Source: a virus (taxonomy: Duplodnaviria > Caudoviricetes). Taken from it: DNA of 64,000 nucleotides. Both the position numbers and the translations under genes were made by a program. Each line of letters begins with the position of its first letter. Position 1 is the stretch's first letter. Below, in pieces: positions 1 to 8,408 of the stretch. The notes beneath the pieces were generated by a model that searched no databases, was not told the origin of the DNA, and saw only the letters and a program-made list of their open reading frames with translations. The stretch lies in IMG/VR virus record IMGVR_UViG_3300007961_000135, positions 1 to 64,000 of that record. The stretch is one strand, 5' to 3'.

Positions 1-18
1 ATCCATCCGCCGCCCTCC

Positions 19-1035
19 TTACCGCGCACCCTGATCGCGTTGACGCTCAAGATACTTCTTGTAGTAATCGACGGCGGTGTAGAGATATTTGATAAAGTCT
101 TCGTCGGTCATACTCTTGCCGATACGCGCTCTCAACTCATCGGCAGGGATCTTGACTTTTTCACGCTGATTCGGTTTCTGCTCGTCCATGATCGTCTTGA
201 CGTCTTCATAACCGATCTCGCCTTCGGCGGCTTTTTCACGGATACGGCGTGTCTGTGCGTGGGACGGGAAAACCTCGCCGCCGCTCTCGTCGATGCGGTC
301 GACAATATCACGCTGGATTTCTTCGTCGAGATAGGACATCTCCACAGCCGGACGCATCCCGATCTTGCCCTCGTCAACGTACTGCAAGAGTTCGGGAACA
401 AGGTAGGTCAGACGAATATAACGGCGTATTTGCTCTCGGCTTTCACCCGCTTCAGTTGCAATAGCGTCGCGGGTTTTTAACTTGTGCTCCACTGGTGCAC
501 AAGTTGCTTCAACTGGTTCCAAATCCGTCCGCTTGCCCTGTCTGCTCATAGCATCCATCTTCATCTTGTACGCCCTCGCCTTTTCGGACGGGAGCAGTTC
601 GGTACGTTGACAGTTGGAATCGACCATCATCACCGTCGCGGTGTCGCGATCGATGAAGTGGACGGTGCACGGCACTTTCTTCATACCGAGCTTCTGCGCG
701 GCGGCATAGCGGCGGTGTCCTGAAACGATTTCGTATTTGCCGTTCTCGCCTTCAAACGGACGGACAAGCAACGGGTTCAGAATCCCGTGCTCGCTGATGC
801 TCTCGGTCAGTTCGATCATGCTCTCATTTTCGATCACCTTGTACGGATGATCCTTGAACGGAACGAGATCTTCCAGTTTGATGATAAGCGATTTGGACTT
901 CTGCGCGATAGGTTCGGTTTTCGCTTCAACGGTGGTGTCGGTTTTGCTATCAGTCACGGTGTCGGTTTTGTCATTCGTAATAACGTCGTTTTCTGTCTCG
1001 ACCTTTTCGGTCGTCTTTTTGGTTTTCGTACTCAT
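19..1035 (-). CDS. parB: ParB/RepB/Spo0J family partition protein
   Basis: ParB-N motifs 'GILNPLLVRP...YEIVSGHRRY', 'DSNCQR', then HTH 'RYIRLTYL'; GAGGAGG SD upstream. Confidence 0.85.
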   Translation of the reverse strand: MSTKTKKTTEKVETENDVITNDKTDTVTDSKTDTTVEAKTEPIAQKSKSLIIKLEDLVPFKDHPYKVIENESMIELTESISEHGILNPLLVRPFEGENGKYEIVSGHRRYAAAQKLGMKKVPCTVHFIDRDTATVMMVDSNCQRTELLPSEKARAYKMKMDAMSRQGKRTDLEPVEATCAPVEHKLKTRDAIATEAGESREQIRRYIRLTYLVPELLQYVDEGKIGMRPAVEMSYLDEEIQRDIVDRIDESGGEVFPSHAQTRRIREKAAEGEIGYEDVKTIMDEQKPNQREKVKIPADELRARIGKSMTDEDFIKYLYTAVDYYKKYLERQRDQGAR

Positions 1036-1133
1036 CGAAAAACCTCCTCATTCTTTATTTGCTGTTTTTGGAAAATTGAGAAGGTTAATATATGACCGGC
1101 AAACAGCTTGCCGTGTTGTGTTCAGAATTAATG

Positions 1134-1469
1134 TCAGTCGTTTTCCCAAAGGTGGGCGGAATACACGATGTCTCTGATATCTGCCATACACTTTTCAAGA
1201 TAGCGGTATCTTTTATAATAGATCTGTGATTGCTTGACCGGCGTCTCTCTGCCTGCCCACAGCTGAAAGCAATTCATCTCAATCCGGAACAACTGATGAT
1301 TCGTCTCGTTTTCTTCTTTCGGCGCTTTCTCTCGCAGATTGTCTCCGTCGAGAAGTTTACGCAAAAAGAGCTTGCCGGTGTAATAGGTCTTGCTGAGTTT
1401 GTCATCATAATCGGCTCGTTCTTCTTCGGTCATTCTTACACCGATATAGTGATCGTCATTTCTTACCAT
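1134..1469 (-). CDS. Divergent MobC-like relaxosome accessory (RHH) protein
   Basis: N-terminal 'IGVRMTEEER' ribbon-helix-helix pattern and degenerate 'RIEMNCFQ' version of the MobC RIGNNLNQ motif; overlaps the upstream gene stop. Confidence 0.5.
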   Translation of the reverse strand: MVRNDDHYIGVRMTEEERADYDDKLSKTYYTGKLFLRKLLDGDNLREKAPKEENETNHQLFRIEMNCFQLWAGRETPVKQSQIYYKRYRYLEKCMADIRDIVYSAHLWEND

Positions 1470-1808
1470 GCAGCGCCTCCACTTTCAAATCGACCGTTTT
1501 CTCAATAAGTTCGTTCAGCAACCGGTCCGCCTTTTCTTTGATCTCTGACCAAACCGCTTCGGCGCGGACCTGATCGAGTTCGCCGACCGAATGGTACTCT
1601 TTCACGCAATCGTTGAAGAGCGTGCCTAACCGCTGAAATTCATCTGCGTAGGCAAGATAGTCCACGTCCGGAGTAGGCAGGATCTTTGCCTCGCAGACGA
1701 GCTTGCGGATATATTCTGAACGGGTCAGTTTTGCTTCGTTTGCCTGCCGGTCAAGTTTGGCGAGGTCTTTCTCGCCGAGCCAAAATTTGATTCGTTTGCT
1801 TTGCTTCA
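1456..1808 (-). CDS. MobC-like ribbon-helix-helix protein
   Basis: 'IKFWLGEKDLAKLDRQA...LTRSEYIRKL' RHH and 'RLGTLFND'; start reassigned to ATG at 1808 (MKQSKR) after AAGAGG. Confidence 0.65.
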
Positions 1809-1847
1809 TTTTGTTTCCTCTTTTCTTTTTTCTGTTTTGATGGGGTT

Positions 1848-1939
1848 TCAGGGGTATCCCCTGACAAGGTGTTTGTGATGTGTACATCCAAACGCGATGC
1901 TTGCTGCGACAACGCCGTCGGATGCACACCTCCGACGGC
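1848..1939. promoter_or_regulatory. Putative oriT-like region upstream of the mobC pair
   Basis: Perfect IR TCAGGGG-TAT-CCCCTGA (1848-1864) and 9-bp IR GCCGTCGGA/TCCGACGGC (1914-1939) directly upstream of MobC-like genes; function inferred from position. Confidence 0.4.
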
Positions 1940-2080
1940 TCCCTCAGCGGGTCAGCTTGAATCAAAATGATTTTTCATTTTTCTATTCTCCTTTCTGTTT
2001 TTTTGCATAAGAAAAGACCGGCGATTATTCGTCGGTCTCGTCGTATGCTATGTAAAGAACAGCAGTATTTGATTGTGATA

Positions 2081-2233
2081 TTTGAAAAAGTGGGGGCAGT
2101 TATCAAATAACGGTTTTTGTGCTTTTCTGGGTGACGCTTGTGACGGCGGTGACGGCATTTGGTATATACCGCTTTTCCCTTCACTCCCGTCACCGCCGTC
2201 ACCTTTTTTGAAAAAGTGCGTGCAGTTGTCAAA
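2081..2233. repeat. 27-bp imperfect direct repeats flanking a 16-bp perfect inverted repeat
   Basis: TTTGAAAAAGTGGGGGCAGTTATCAAA (2081-2107) vs TTTGAAAAAGTGCGTGCAGTTGTCAAA (2207-2233), 24/27 identical; GTGACGGCGGTGACGG (2140-2155) / CCGTCACCGCCGTCAC (2187-2202). Confidence 0.85.
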
Positions 2234-2326
2234 AAAAATCACCGGTTTTCAAAAGATCCCTCTATATAATAACGAGGTGGGAAAGAAAAAATATTCCTTA
2301 ATTCTGAAAAAATTTCGTAATTTTCG

Positions 2327-3913
2327 TTAGTATTCCCCGACTTCATATAATATGTTTGGGTTCGCTATGAGTGCATCTACTTCCTCTTTATGTTGTTTCC
2401 ATTTTTCTTTATTGTTTAAACACATATCGTCATATAAGGCATCAATTTCACCATGAATACTTTCACAGCTTTCCGGATTATTAATTAAATCCGACATATA
2501 TTCATCAATCATTTGCGGATCAAATTCAAGTGCTTCTGTGCCGAAAAACTTTAAATGAGGATAGTCTTTTCCGTTTTTTATAAGCCAATACAAAAGTTCT
2601 TTTTTCTCAAGTTGTCTATTTAAATACTCATGATATAAATTCTTTGGTTTTTGGCTATAATAAACTATTGTTGCCGTAGAAAAATCGTATAGTTCATAAG
2701 CAAAAATATTCAACGATGTGCAAAGATCATCCACCGTTTTATAGTAAAGAAAAGCTATAATTCCGATAGCATTTCCAAAAATGTTTTTTATCTGAAGGTC
2801 TATGTTGTCATCTTTACACCCGTTTCCAAGTTTTTTTAGTAATTGGTACTCAGGAATAAGTCCTTTGTTTTCGAGATCATCCGCGTACCTTAAATAACGT
2901 ATTTTATTGTAAAATTCATGAAGTATGCCAAAAAAGTTTCTACAGTTTTTATCAAACTTTACGCTTTCTTTTTCTTCAATCCAACTGTTTAATTCGTGGT
3001 GATTGTGACTAAGTAGCAACTTATTAACTTTTTGTTTTTCCTCTTGTTTTATATGATGCTTTTTACAAATTAACTCAATTATTATTTTTTGCAAACGTTC
3101 TATTCCTTGCGATGCGTGATAAAGTGCAAAAAATGAGTCTTCAAAAAGAGGAGGATCATAATCATCCTTTGAAAACGTTAACTTACCAATATCGATAATG
3201 GATTTCCAAATTAAAGCTCCAGAAATCTGAAGTTCTCTATTTAGCGAAAAATTTAAATTCATTAAATCTCTATCAGCACCACTCTTTTCATGTTGTGTTT
3301 TAATAATATTGAGATCCACGTCACTCTTTATAAAAGATGATTGCATGATTTCTGAATTTTCTATTGCACAATATTCAGTTTCTTTTGCATATTTAACTTG
3401 ATACCCCAAGTTCTCAACTAATGTTTCGTATGTAAAACAATCATAGATATCTGGATCTTGAAATACAGTAACAACATTTTTACATATTGCAAATCTTCTT
3501 GGTATCTCTTTCCAAAACTGTTTGAATTCATTACAATTCTGAGGATCGATTTCGGTGATGCCAATATATCCTTGCAATTCAGTTTTTAATCGTTTATCAA
3601 TCTCTATGGCAATACTGTTGTCAATGTCTTCAACTATCCAGCAAAACGGATAATCTGTAAATGGTTGCGTTTTATTTAAAGCGTTTAGATCAAGAGTGCA
3701 AAAACTGTTATTTAAAATATATGGTTCAATGTCTATATATCTTTTGTATATAAGTATATCCCCGATGGAAACAACAACTTTTTTAGAATTCCGGGTTATT
3801 TCTTTTCCCCTAAGAATATGTTTGCATGCAACTTCTCCATAAAAACTGCTACCAAGTCTCCCACTATCAAAGATAAAGGATATCATCTTGGTGTCATCTG
3901 TTGTTGAACACAT
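2327..3913 (-). CDS. Hypothetical protein with C-terminal HEPN-like domain
   Basis: 528 aa AT-rich ORF; 'FALYHASQGIERLQK...SHNHHEL...FYNKIRY' follows the classical HEPN Q..E..K / H.L / RY pattern. Confidence 0.55.
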   Translation of the reverse strand: MCSTTDDTKMISFIFDSGRLGSSFYGEVACKHILRGKEITRNSKKVVVSIGDILIYKRYIDIEPYILNNSFCTLDLNALNKTQPFTDYPFCWIVEDIDNSIAIEIDKRLKTELQGYIGITEIDPQNCNEFKQFWKEIPRRFAICKNVVTVFQDPDIYDCFTYETLVENLGYQVKYAKETEYCAIENSEIMQSSFIKSDVDLNIIKTQHEKSGADRDLMNLNFSLNRELQISGALIWKSIIDIGKLTFSKDDYDPPLFEDSFFALYHASQGIERLQKIIIELICKKHHIKQEEKQKVNKLLLSHNHHELNSWIEEKESVKFDKNCRNFFGILHEFYNKIRYLRYADDLENKGLIPEYQLLKKLGNGCKDDNIDLQIKNIFGNAIGIIAFLYYKTVDDLCTSLNIFAYELYDFSTATIVYYSQKPKNLYHEYLNRQLEKKELLYWLIKNGKDYPHLKFFGTEALEFDPQMIDEYMSDLINNPESCESIHGEIDALYDDMCLNNKEKWKQHKEEVDALIANPNILYEVGEY

Positions 3914-3920
3914 ATAAATA

Positions 3921-4757
3921 TTATACCCCCATTACATCTTTGAATTTTGCGCGCATTGTTTTCAGACGTTTTGGTACAGCGCTGTTGCCGGAATAGCCGA
4001 GCATTTTTGCAACTTCTCCCTGAGTATATCCTTGCTCGCGGAGGCGGTAAATCTTCTTTTCCGTATCGTCGAGCGTCTTCCAGTAATCCTCAACCATAAG
4101 ATTAAAAATAGCGATTTTTTCGGGATCAACTATTGCTTTTTCCGGAGGAAGCTTTGCTTCCGGGTCGGGGCAATACTCGACCTGAACTTCCGAATCCGTG
4201 TGATACCATTTCTTATTATGATCCTGCGCACGGAAATTCGGTTTGATGTACGGATTGAAATCTTCGGCGGCGGAGAGACTTTGCACAACTTCGGCGAGCT
4301 TGTCATACTCCATCACTTCAAGCATCGTGCCGACGGCGGTGTGCATGAAGTCGTCTGCTTTTTTATCAAGATCGGGATCGTCGAAGTCAAACTGGCTGAA
4401 TATAGACTCAACGATTTCATCCGGACCGGTGAGCAGCATTCGCACACCATCTGACACCAAATCTTCAACGCTGTCCCGTAATGCAATCAGCGGGTTGTCC
4501 TGATATTTTTCGCCGTTCAGTCTGACCGTGTGATCCAAATATCCCGACCACGCCGGCAACCCTCTCTTGCGGGCTTCCTCCTCAAAAGCTGCGTCCATAA
4601 CTCGACTGATCCTGCTGATCGCCTCGTGATGCTCGGTAGAACGAGATTTCGGCTCCGATATTTTCGCCGCCGACCAGTCATGTTTTTTGAAAAACGCTCG
4701 CATTTCAAGTATCGTCGGCGCGCGGTCAAGATCAAGTAATGTGGTATCCAGTGGCAT
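3921..4757 (-). CDS. Sigma70 region-4-like HTH regulator
   Basis: C-terminal 'LDDTEKKIYRLREQGYTQGEVAKMLGYSGNSAVPKRLK' HTH; GGAG SD. Confidence 0.65.
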   Translation of the reverse strand: MPLDTTLLDLDRAPTILEMRAFFKKHDWSAAKISEPKSRSTEHHEAISRISRVMDAAFEEEARKRGLPAWSGYLDHTVRLNGEKYQDNPLIALRDSVEDLVSDGVRMLLTGPDEIVESIFSQFDFDDPDLDKKADDFMHTAVGTMLEVMEYDKLAEVVQSLSAAEDFNPYIKPNFRAQDHNKKWYHTDSEVQVEYCPDPEAKLPPEKAIVDPEKIAIFNLMVEDYWKTLDDTEKKIYRLREQGYTQGEVAKMLGYSGNSAVPKRLKTMRAKFKDVMGV

Positions 4758-4801
4758 ATTTATCTCCTGCTTTTAACAATCTTTTACAATAGCGCACTCA
4801 A

Positions 4802-5620
4802 TTATGTATTCATAATCTTTTCTATTCGCGCTAATAGTATAGGGTCTGTCGGAGGTGGCTGAATAACCCCGTATTCATTAAAACAGCCAAGTTTTGTTAG
4901 CTCTTCGACTTTTTTATACTCTCCTTCATTCACGGAACACCATGCGTTCTGATCAAAAAGCAAGTTCATTCTGATACAGAAATCTTGACGCTCTTGAATA
5001 CCTTCTTGAAAGTTTATTCCTTCTTTCAAAACAACCGCATATTCTTTCTTTTTGTCTTCGGGAATCGTTCTAAGATCAATGGTGTCATTAAGAATATTGA
5101 AAGACTTGTATTCTCCGTCGGGATTATTTACCGCATTTCGTAGAGGATGCTTTTCATGAAGAATTATATCTTCGTCCTCTGCCAACAATCTGTGGATCGC
5201 CCGAAACAATGCCTTGTCATGAGAAACAAAATCGAGAGTCAATTCTTTTGGAATATCATGTGCGCAGATTTCCCGAACATGAATGATTTGTGTTTTCATT
5301 TGTACAGCAATTTGAGCGATCCTATTGAATTCTTGCGGGATATAGTCCTCGTCTTTATGGGCGCTGTTTTTATCTCTTTCACGGAACAATAGTTCAACGA
5401 TAGTATCATTGCTACAAAGCGTTTTCTTTTGCTGAGTTTTGGATGCAATGGTGTGTTCTATGACAGCACAGCAGTTTATATAAAAGGTGTTACGTTTTTC
5501 ATCAATCAGCGTCTTGAGATCATAATAGCGCAGTTCTTCTACGTGTTCTCCAATATACAAAACGCTGTCTACGCACTTTTTTGCATCTATAAGATATCTT
5601 GCTAATTCCCACTTTTTCAT
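4802..5620 (-). CDS. Hypothetical protein with HEPN-like Rx4-6H motif
   Basis: Alpha-helical ORF with 'RERDKNSAH'; GAGGTT SD. Confidence 0.5.
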   Translation of the reverse strand: MKKWELARYLIDAKKCVDSVLYIGEHVEELRYYDLKTLIDEKRNTFYINCCAVIEHTIASKTQQKKTLCSNDTIVELLFRERDKNSAHKDEDYIPQEFNRIAQIAVQMKTQIIHVREICAHDIPKELTLDFVSHDKALFRAIHRLLAEDEDIILHEKHPLRNAVNNPDGEYKSFNILNDTIDLRTIPEDKKKEYAVVLKEGINFQEGIQERQDFCIRMNLLFDQNAWCSVNEGEYKKVEELTKLGCFNEYGVIQPPPTDPILLARIEKIMNT

Positions 5621-5627
5621 ATTAACC

Positions 5628-5963
5628 TCAGATCCAGTTTTTTCGGATGATTACAGAGAGAAAAACAAATATTGCAAAATATGCGGCTCCAATCAAGATC
5701 ATTAACCATACTAAAGGGTACGCTAAACATACGAGATAGGTCACCCCGGTGTTGATTGCATAGACCACAAGAAACAGAATACTGCCTATCGCAGGTTCAC
5801 TTCCCTTATCATAGATAAAACCGGTCATAAAGTATGACAGAGGTACAAACGCTCCGCCGACAAGCAAGTTTATGATCTCTGCGTTGCCTCCCAGCGGAGC
5901 AAACGGATTTGGCAATAGAAACTGCCTTATAAGAAAGCTAATAATATATATCAGTCGATACAA
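5628..5963 (-). CDS. Small multi-pass membrane protein
   Basis: 111 aa with about four hydrophobic segments; AAAGGAG SD; 7 bp from next gene. Confidence 0.7.
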   Translation of the reverse strand: MYRLIYIISFLIRQFLLPNPFAPLGGNAEIINLLVGGAFVPLSYFMTGFIYDKGSEPAIGSILFLVVYAINTGVTYLVCLAYPLVWLMILIGAAYFAIFVFLSVIIRKNWI

Positions 5964-6026
5964 TCACAATGCTCCTTTCATATTCGCACATCCTTGACAT
6001 CTGAAATAGGAATTTGTTTAGATATC

Positions 6027-6881
6027 TTATTCCTCGGTCTCGTAGTAATAAGAATAATCAATGCCCTTCATGATGATCTCGCGGTTATAGATATCATCGG
6101 TCAAGGCGTTTTCTATCAGTTCTAATATTTTCGTCGGATCGGATACACTTTCGCGCATGGCGGCGAGATAATCCTTTTTGTCGATCAGGCTCCAGTCAAC
6201 ACATTTTTTCAGATTCTTCTTCAAAATCAGATCGAGCCAGATACGGGTGCTTCTGCCGTTGCCCTCCATAAACGGATGTGCGACATTCATTTCAACGTAT
6301 TTATTGACGATCTCTTCGAGCGTGGTCTCGGGCATTTTTTCGATATGCGCAAGAGCCCCGTCCAGATACAAAGCAGGAGCAAAGGCAAAACCGCCCTTTG
6401 CAATATTGAGCGTCCTAATCTGTCCGGCGAAATCATAAAGTCCGCCGAAAATATATCCGTGGATCTGCTGCAAGCCCTTCGCCGTGCCCACTTCGATGTT
6501 GTCAATGAACCCGCTCTCGAAAAGCTCATACGCTTTTTGCTTGCTCTTTTCGTCAAGCGAGGTCTCCATATTCTTCATCCAGCGGGCAAAGACTTCGGAT
6601 TTCTTGCTCGGTATCATCGCGATGACCGTATTCAGACCGGACTCGTCCACAACGTCGGTATTGTAAAACTTGCCGTCTCGCGCTTTTAATTTCAGTTGTC
6701 GACAAATCGTCGACAACTCATTTTTGCGGCTTTTGATTTTGTTCCAGTAGGAACGCGGATTTTTACTTTTGGTCAGCGCTTCCGCGATATCCGCAGCGCA
6801 AAACCACCATTTGGAACTTTCATCATCCCAAACGGCTCGCACCGGTATATCTTCAAAAAATCTGATAGAGGTTTTTTGCAT
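6027..6881 (-). CDS. fic: Bro-N/DNA-binding domain fused to class III (autoinhibited) Fic AMPylase
   Basis: Fic motif [12 protein letters not shown]; C-terminal '[10 protein letters not shown]' inhibitory helix as in NmFic; N-terminal '[23 protein letters not shown]' Bro-like. Confidence 0.85.
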   Translation of the reverse strand: MQKTSIRFFEDIPVRAVWDDESSKWWFCAADIAEALTKSKNPRSYWNKIKSRKNELSTICRQLKLKARDGKFYNTDVVDESGLNTVIAMIPSKKSEVFARWMKNMETSLDEKSKQKAYELFESGFIDNIEVGTAKGLQQIHGYIFGGLYDFAGQIRTLNIAKGGFAFAPALYLDGALAHIEKMPETTLEEIVNKYVEMNVAHPFMEGNGRSTRIWLDLILKKNLKKCVDWSLIDKKDYLAAMRESVSDPTKILELIENALTDDIYNREIIMKGIDYSYYYETEE

Positions 6882-6919
6882 AATTATCTCTCCGTAGCCG
6901 ATTAATCTTATTCAACAGA

Positions 6920-7174
6920 TCAATCTATTTTCGCATTATGATTCTTATAATGTTCGTGTATCAGCGCTTCAACTTCTTTTGTGGTGATCTTGCCCTCAAT
7001 ATTTCTTATAGCAAGCTCTACCAGATATGACGAAACGCTCAACCCGTCAACTTCTTGCAAGCCGATTGAACCAGCCCATATCCCTGCCAGCTCACGTTTT
7101 TTAGGATCAGGATCGCTTATATATTTATCAAATAATCCCGCCGCTTTTCTGCTTTCTATCGTTTCTCCCATCAA
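6920..7174 (-). CDS. Stand-alone VbhA-like Fic antitoxin domain
   Basis: 'WAGSIGLQEVDGLSVSSYLVELAIRNIEGKIT' matches the N-terminal inhibitory domain of class II Fic proteins. Confidence 0.7.
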   Translation of the reverse strand: MMGETIESRKAAGLFDKYISDPDPKKRELAGIWAGSIGLQEVDGLSVSSYLVELAIRNIEGKITTKEVEALIHEHYKNHNAKID

Positions 7175-7208
7175 TCATCATTCTTCTTTCTTTACATACA
7201 ATAACTGT

Positions 7209-8252
7209 TTAATCTATTGTAGCTTTAATCCTGTTTGTTAGCTTGGTAGGAATGTCATCTTCTGTTTTCCACATAATCGTGTTTTTTTGTGCTATATCGA
7301 AATGTAATTTAACCCCGTCTTTACAAAGCTGAATAACGGGTTTACCAAGACCCATAGCATATCCTTCTTCGAAATACGCTCCATTATTTTGATGCGTTAG
7401 ATCAACAACGACGAATTTGCTGTCACGAATATGCTTCAATAGTTCCGGCGTAATGAAATTGATATGTTCAACTTCATCGATGAAAACGGCATGATACCCT
7501 GCGTCGTCAACACCTTTTCGAATTGCTTCGCGTAAGGTAAGAGTATCCTCACCAAACTTCATTGCAACTAAAACATTGCGTCCATAAGATGTATTTCTTT
7601 GTAACTCATCCACACGAGCGTATCCTTTTGGCGTTAATGTCAATTTTACCCCCGTTTCAGAACGCAAATGTAAATAGTCTTTTACAAATCCACTCTCTTT
7701 TAAATAATCCAGCACATAATCCGCTTCTGTGAAACAGTCCTTATCCTCTCTCCATGCGGGACCGTCTTTGGGTGGGAAATCAGAATCATCGGGCGATTCT
7801 CTTCTGTCAACGAAAAGCAGACTAAGCATTTCTTGATTATCAAAGTTCACCGGCTGACCTATGTGTTTTGCAAGTGACGAAACACGAAGCAGAATATTAT
7901 CTATACGTTCGGAAAACGACTTAGGGTACCAATTATTTACAATATCATCATCCATATGTACGGGATGGCCATGGGTAATGTCACCTTTTTCGAAGTTTCT
8001 TTTATAGGCATCGCATAATTCTTTATCCATTGTCGTGTGATAACGATATTCAGGATGCATCAATCCGCCTTTAAAACGGTTATAGTAAAGATAGGATGCA
8101 AGATGGTTGTTATGTTGAATACGGAATCCATTTAATGTGAATTCGTATCTTCCGCAAACCGGACAATCATAAAAAACGCTATCGTGCTGAGATTCAGGGA
8201 AGCACGATGCCTTGCTCCTGCAAACAGGGCACTCTTTTAATGTAGTTTCCAT
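7209..8252 (-). CDS. Zn-finger / winged-helix / nucleoside 2-deoxyribosyltransferase-like protein
   Basis: N-terminal CPVC...CPVC; 'LTLTPKG' wHTH wing; C-terminal 'VLVAMKF...IRDSKFVVVDLTHQNNGAYFEEGYAMGLGKPVI' NDT fold; start set at ATG 8252 (GAGG SD). Confidence 0.75.
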   Translation of the reverse strand: METTLKECPVCRSKASCFPESQHDSVFYDCPVCGRYEFTLNGFRIQHNNHLASYLYYNRFKGGLMHPEYRYHTTMDKELCDAYKRNFEKGDITHGHPVHMDDDIVNNWYPKSFSERIDNILLRVSSLAKHIGQPVNFDNQEMLSLLFVDRRESPDDSDFPPKDGPAWREDKDCFTEADYVLDYLKESGFVKDYLHLRSETGVKLTLTPKGYARVDELQRNTSYGRNVLVAMKFGEDTLTLREAIRKGVDDAGYHAVFIDEVEHINFITPELLKHIRDSKFVVVDLTHQNNGAYFEEGYAMGLGKPVIQLCKDGVKLHFDIAQKNTIMWKTEDDIPTKLTNRIKATID

Positions 8253-8262
8253 AAATAAAGCC

Positions 8263-8379
8263 TCAAATATATAAAATATTAGTATGCCAGGCATAGTTCC
8301 GCTCGTGCTTCGACGGATCGGATTCGCGCTGATATTCTTCGAAAGGATCTTTATTTGGAAGTTTGTTATTTTTTCCCAT
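8263..8379 (-). pseudogene. Truncated VbhA/Fic N-terminus (38 aa)
   Basis: MGKNNKLPNKDPFEEYQRESDPSKHERNYAWHTNILYI*, GGAGGT SD; resembles the start of class II Fic proteins but breaks off just before the IGLQ motif. Confidence 0.6.
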
Positions 8380-8408
8380 TTTGACCTCCAACGTAATGAC
8401 CAAATATG

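Noticed and set aside
1148-1165. Sixth copy of the AAGGTGGGCG.AATA motif
   Set aside because: Inside a coding 3' end and only a partial match; chance cannot be excluded.
1952-1978. 8-aa ORF MKNHFDSS with a good SD upstream of the oriT-like region
   Set aside because: Too short to support; may be a gene remnant, no further evidence.
2081-2233. Mini CRISPR array
   Set aside because: Only two imperfect copies with a ~100-nt structured spacer, and no cas genes.
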